This document shows positions 45,118-45,881 of a stretch of DNA of 45,881 nt, piece after piece. This stretch comes from an uncultured Actinomycetes bacterium (lineage in GTDB: Bacteria; Actinomycetota; Actinomycetes; S36-B12). The translations under genes were made by a program, and so were the position numbers. The DNA lies in NCBI GenBank assembly GCA_903918595.1, contig CAIXFB010000001.1:1-45881 (forward strand). Direction: 5' to 3'. Within the stretch, counting starts at the first letter, position 1. Every line of letters begins with the position of its first letter. A model generated the notes under the pieces. That model saw nothing but the letters and a program-made list of their open reading frames with translations, ran no database searches and was not told the DNA's origin.

Positions 45118-45153
45118 ACCCTTGTGCATCAGTTCTAAAAGAGGAGACCCGCA

Positions 45154-45438
45154 GTGAACATCGTCGGCCAGATTCTGGCAACGGTTTTGCTGCTGTTCTG
45201 GTTGGTCCTCATTGCGCGTCTTGTCTTCGATTTGGTCCAACTCTTCGCACGTTCTTGGCGACCGTCGGGCTTTGTTTTGGTAATCGCTGAGGGCGTCTTC
45301 TCCATCACGGACCCGCCACTGCGGGCTTTGCGGCGCATCATTCCGCCGCTTAAATTTGGCAACGTCCAATTCGATCTTGCATTCCTGATTTTGCTCATTG
45401 GTGTTCAGTTATTGATGAATTTCGCGAGAACGCTCTGA
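45154..45438 (+). CDS. yggT: YggT/YlmG family membrane protein
   Basis: 94 aa, two TM segments, ITDPPLRALRRIIPP. GTG start with a GAGGAG SD. Confidence 0.85.
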   Translation: MNIVGQILATVLLLFWLVLIARLVFDLVQLFARSWRPSGFVLVIAEGVFSITDPPLRALRRIIPPLKFGNVQFDLAFLILLIGVQLLMNFARTL

Positions 45439-45440
45439 TC

Positions 45441-45776
45441 ATGCCGCTCACTCCAGCTGAAGTCCGAGCTGCGACGTTTTCCACGCGGCGTTTTCGTCTT
45501 GGTTACGACGTCGACGAAGTCGATCAGTTTCTCGATCAGGTAGAGGGCGATCTCGCCCAATTAACCTCGGAACTACGAATTGCTCGAGACGCCGAATCCA
45601 TATTGGAAAGCCAACTGGAGCAGATGGTAATTCGCGTCGACCTCCTAGAAAAAGCCTCGCGAGAGACGAGTCCATTAGGTGACCGAAGTAATGTCGACGC
45701 GGGCCTCGTCAGAGAAAAACTACGCGCACTTTTGCTAGAACAACTCGCGCTACTAGACCGCGCGGATTATCGCTAG
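45441..45776 (+). CDS. divIVA: DivIVA domain protein (short, 111 aa)
   Basis: MPLTPAEVRAATFSTRRFRLGYDVDEVDQFLDQVEGDLAQL is the canonical DivIVA N-domain, and the gene sits after yggT. Confidence 0.85.
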   Translation: MPLTPAEVRAATFSTRRFRLGYDVDEVDQFLDQVEGDLAQLTSELRIARDAESILESQLEQMVIRVDLLEKASRETSPLGDRSNVDAGLVREKLRALLLEQLALLDRADYR

Positions 45777-45881
45777 ATCAATGGGTAGTTCGGTGACTAT
45801 CACGGTCGCCTCGCTTGGGGCTGAGGCGTTGCTCACCTGAACTGCGAGAACGTCATCTGCAATTTCTGACTCATGGGTGAC

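Noticed and set aside
45777-45881. Open minus-strand frame running in from the window end (…VTHESEIADDVLAVQVSNASAPSEATVIVTELPIDLAIIRAV*), possibly the 3' end of a convergent gene.
   Set aside because: Only about 42 codons are visible, there is no recognisable motif, and the frame would overlap the divIVA stop by about 24 nt. That is not enough evidence to call a CDS.
1-45881. Searched by eye for CRISPR arrays, tRNA/rRNA, IS elements or transposases, integrases, toxin-antitoxin pairs and known defence-system genes.
   Set aside because: None found. No spaced identical repeats, no tRNA-like cloverleaf segments in the intergenic regions, and no recombinase-like ORFs. RmuC and the HEPN-like protein are single genes without the partner genes expected of described defence systems.

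Overview
The window reads as an Actinomycetota chromosomal segment, probably Micrococcales-like. That placement is inferred from gene content and order only; no search was run. It falls into four blocks.

- **Block 1 (1-11.9 kb):** accessory and metabolic genes. They include a carotenoid-type trio (CrtI-like / GT2 / DUF422-like), two SRPBCC proteins, a NIP-like aquaporin, a SOUL protein, a P450, YbaK, an LldD-like oxidase, pterin carbinolamine dehydratase and PhyH. This block carries several decay or rearrangement scars: an in-frame amber codon in a BNR lipoprotein gene, a duplicated ybaK 3' end bracketing the P450, a mini-ORF remnant of an MBL hydrolase, and a frameshifted TetR.
- **Block 2 (11.9-17.5 kb):** a promoter with a perfect actinobacterial LexA box drives a HEPN-like small protein, then dnaE2, then dinB. 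I rate this the most interesting candidate system.
- **Block 3 (17.5-27.3 kb):** DUF3040, a lipase, a translationally coupled four-gene envelope operon of unknown function, rmuC, a HelD/HelR-like ATPase, an acyl-CoA dehydrogenase and a DUF3048 lipoprotein.
- **Block 4 (27.4-45.8 kb):** a complete dcw cluster from mraZ to divIVA. It has a clear MraZ-box array and an unusual mraZ-rsmH spacer that may hold a 44-aa membrane sORF.

I found no rRNA, tRNA, CRISPR array, transposase or integrase. All product calls come from reading the translations and recalling family motifs, so they need HMM or BLAST confirmation.
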